NCBI GenBank assembly: GCA_963791045.1
Contig: CAWBQK010000020.1
Span: 1 to 16,693, forward strand
Reading direction: 5' to 3'
Source of the DNA: Candidatus Latescibacterota bacterium
GTDB taxonomy: Bacteria; Krumholzibacteriota; Krumholzibacteriia; WVZY01
DNA: 16,693 nt
Part shown: positions 14,431 to 16,693 of the stretch, piece after piece
How the letters are laid out: each line of letters opens with the position of its first letter
How positions within the stretch are numbered: position 1 is the stretch's first letter
Translations under genes and position numbers: made by a program
The notes under the pieces: generated by a model
Database searches by the model: none
What the model saw: the letters and a program-made list of their open reading frames with translations, nothing else
Told to the model about the DNA's origin: nothing

Positions 14431-15548
14431 ATGGCAGCCAAGACAAGAAAAACCACAAAGCTTGTCCCCAAAGTCGATCCCTGTGTCGCCCGCGCGTCAT
14501 GCCTTCGGTACGTAGATGAACCGTTGGATGAATGGGAAATCATGTCGGCCGTCGGTGAGTTGATCACCAGCGGCTGCAGCGTGGCAGAAGTTCAGGAGAA
14601 GATATTCGAGAAGTACAAAGTGGAGATGTCGCGCGAGAAACCGTACTACTATTTGCGGATTCTCGGGGAGCAGGGTTACCTCCGCTATGTCGCGCCGTCG
14701 TGTCACGAGTTGAAGGACCAGATCGAACAAAATTTCGATTGGCTCGAGCGCGTTCATGTCGTTCACACCACCGTCTCAAATGATGTCGCGCGCGAAGCGG
14801 CTTACATGCTTCTCCGGCTCGTCCAGCAGTATCACCGAACCCACGGGAAGAAGGATGCCGTGCATGTGGGCTGGGCCGCGGGCTTATCGATGCTGCAGAC
14901 GGCCAGGGCCTTTGCCGAGATCCTGCAGAGGCCCGCAAACGGTCTTCCCAAAAAGATTTACTTCCATGCGATGGTCACCGGGCACGACCCGGGCAATCCC
15001 GCGACGGACCCTAACGCGTTCTTTACCTTCTTCCTCGAGCCTCCCGCGCTTCAGATCGAACCACATTTTGTCGGGCTCCATGCGCCGTCGATGGTGCTGA
15101 CCGAAGCGATACCCCGATTGAAAAGGAACGTAGAGATCGCGCGCGCGTTCGACGCCGCCAAGGACATCGACATCATTGTGACATCGGGCTCGGACTGGCA
15201 GGATCGGCACAGTTCGCTGCGCGCATGCATGGAGGCGTCGGAGTCGACATACCAGACGCTCAAACAGGAGAAAACGGTGGGAGATATGTTGTGGCGCCCA
15301 ATCGGCGACGACGGACCGATCGAGATGGAGACGGAGAGGCGCGCGCTCACGCTCGTCGAACTCAGCGACCTCCCCGAGTTTATCAAGAGCGGGAAGTACG
15401 TGCTTATGATGTTGGGGCCTGTGCGTCGTGCAACCACCACAAGGGAAGGATTCTACACACGGCGCTGCATCAGAAACAACCGCTGTTCACTCACCTGGTG
15501 TGCGACAGCCGCACCGCCGCGGCGCTTCCAGGTCTGTCGAAGAAGTAG
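14431..15548 (+). CDS. SorC/DeoR/LsrR-family transcriptional regulator (HTH plus sugar-phosphate-binding domain), with an apparent 1-nt frameshift near 15420
   Basis: HTH-like MSREKPYYYLRILGEQGYLRY, then LKDQIEQNFDWLERVHVV, VHVGWAAG, DIIVTSG, VGD. The family-typical end LFTHLVCDSRTAAAL lies in the other frame (ORF 15225..15548). GGAGG SD before ATG 14431. Confidence 0.8.
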
Positions 15549-15577
15549 GTTTTGGCCAGGCCGGGCCATACGAAGAA

Positions 15578-16693
15578 TCAGACACGGGGGTGGCTCAGAA
15601 GTCGGCGGTAGACGCGGTACAGATACACGATGCCGCTTCGTATCCGCTTGTTGTAAATGCGGATGGATTCGTTTTGCCGGGTCGTCCCCGTCCAGTGGCG
15701 CTTGTACGGTTCGTCTCCGCGGAGGAGGTCGAATTCGCTTCGGCCTCTTCGCGCCGCCTCTTCGATGCAGAATCCCAATAGCGCGGTCAACACATTGGTG
15801 CGCTTCACCGGCATCGGCTGCACCGCGCTTATATAATAGTAGAGCTTGTCGTTGTAATCGAAACCGTAGAACGATCCGATGTGGAGACCGTCGAGTGTCA
15901 TCGTCGCAAGAAACAAGATTTCCTTGTCCATGAGCGCGCGCGACACATTGTGATGAAATCGTTCGATCTCATCCGAACAGAAACTCTCCGAGCCGCCCCG
16001 TGCTTTCCAGCTTTTTTTGTTGAGCGCGATCAAATCATTCATCCGCGCGGGCAGATCATCGCCATTTTCACACAAATCGAAGCGGAGGTCGCCGGTCTCG
16101 GCGAGGCGGCGGCGCGAACAACGAACCGTATACCGATTGGTCCGCCGGTAACTCTCCAGCAATTCCTCCCACCCGCCGTTCAAATGAATATAAGGACATT
16201 TTGTGTATCTCACGTGCTTCGCCGTCGAACTGCGGGTGTCTCTCGACGCCAGTTCCTTGAATCTATCGAGAACCGGCGACGTCTCCGGCACTTCGAAGAA
16301 CTCGAACACATCCCATTCTTTCCTCAGCGGCCCGAACAGGTGATCCCAGATCGCCGTCGCACCACGCGTCACGTCGTCAGCCTTCACGATCATACAAAAT
16401 AGTCCGTAATGCCGGCGCCGACCGGCCTCAACACTGGTAGCTCGAGCATCCGCCGGTACGTCACCTTCTGCACCCAGAGCGGCGCGATGGCGATGAGTTC
16501 ATCACCGTCGTACGCGGCGACCGCGAGCAGCCTGTCCCCGTTGATGCACGTTTTCGCCCAGTTCGACACCCACTCCCATGTGAGAAAGACATCGTTGAAA
16601 TGACTCTTCTCGAGAAGCGCGTTCCACTGGGCGCAGCGTATCCAGCTCGTCAGCAATACGTACTCTCGTCGAAGTGTATACGTACATAAACAT
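15578..16693 (-). CDS. CelD/BcsL-type GNAT acetyltransferase, split by two apparent frameshifts (near 16395 and 16631); may begin at or beyond the window edge
   Basis: Three overlapping ORF pieces join into one colinear protein: DELDTLR / QWNALL..FLTWEW..LIAIAPL..GITDY / MIV..CPYIHL..W..LL..EFDLLRGDEPYKRHW. Confidence 0.8.

Noticed and set aside
15420-15933. C-terminal 170 aa of the 519-aa ORF 14374..15933
   Set aside because: Arg/Cys-rich sequence without family motifs that overlaps the convergent GNAT gene. The true SorC-type C-terminus is in another frame and ends at 15548.

Overview
GC-rich bacterial window of undetermined lineage. Its centre is a roughly 10.3-kb, largely tightly coupled minus-strand gene cluster (13991->3719) downstream of a near-consensus sigma70 promoter. 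The cluster combines two normally separate protein-tagging systems. First comes a eukaryote-like ubiquitination cascade: FHA-like/RING-type Zn-finger protein, E1, E2, a tandem YbjN/CesT-like protein, a ubiquitin-like protein ending -AG, and a JAB/JAMM isopeptidase. A pupylation module follows directly: ARC/Mpa AAA+ ATPase, Dop-like enzyme, a Pup gene ending -GGQ that the ORF track misses, and a PafA-like ligase. No 20S proteasome genes lie between pup and pafA, and the ATPase lacks the HbYX tail. A 273-bp element bounded by perfect 19-bp inverted repeats sits between arc and dop. A SorC/DeoR-type regulator is divergently transcribed. Flanking genes look ordinary: an XRE regulator with a membrane protein, an alpha/beta hydrolase, a DUF5362-like protein, a HAD-IIA phosphatase and a CelD/BcsL-type GNAT. 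Four apparent frameshifts suggest indel errors in the assembly. All family calls come from motif recognition by eye; no searches were run.
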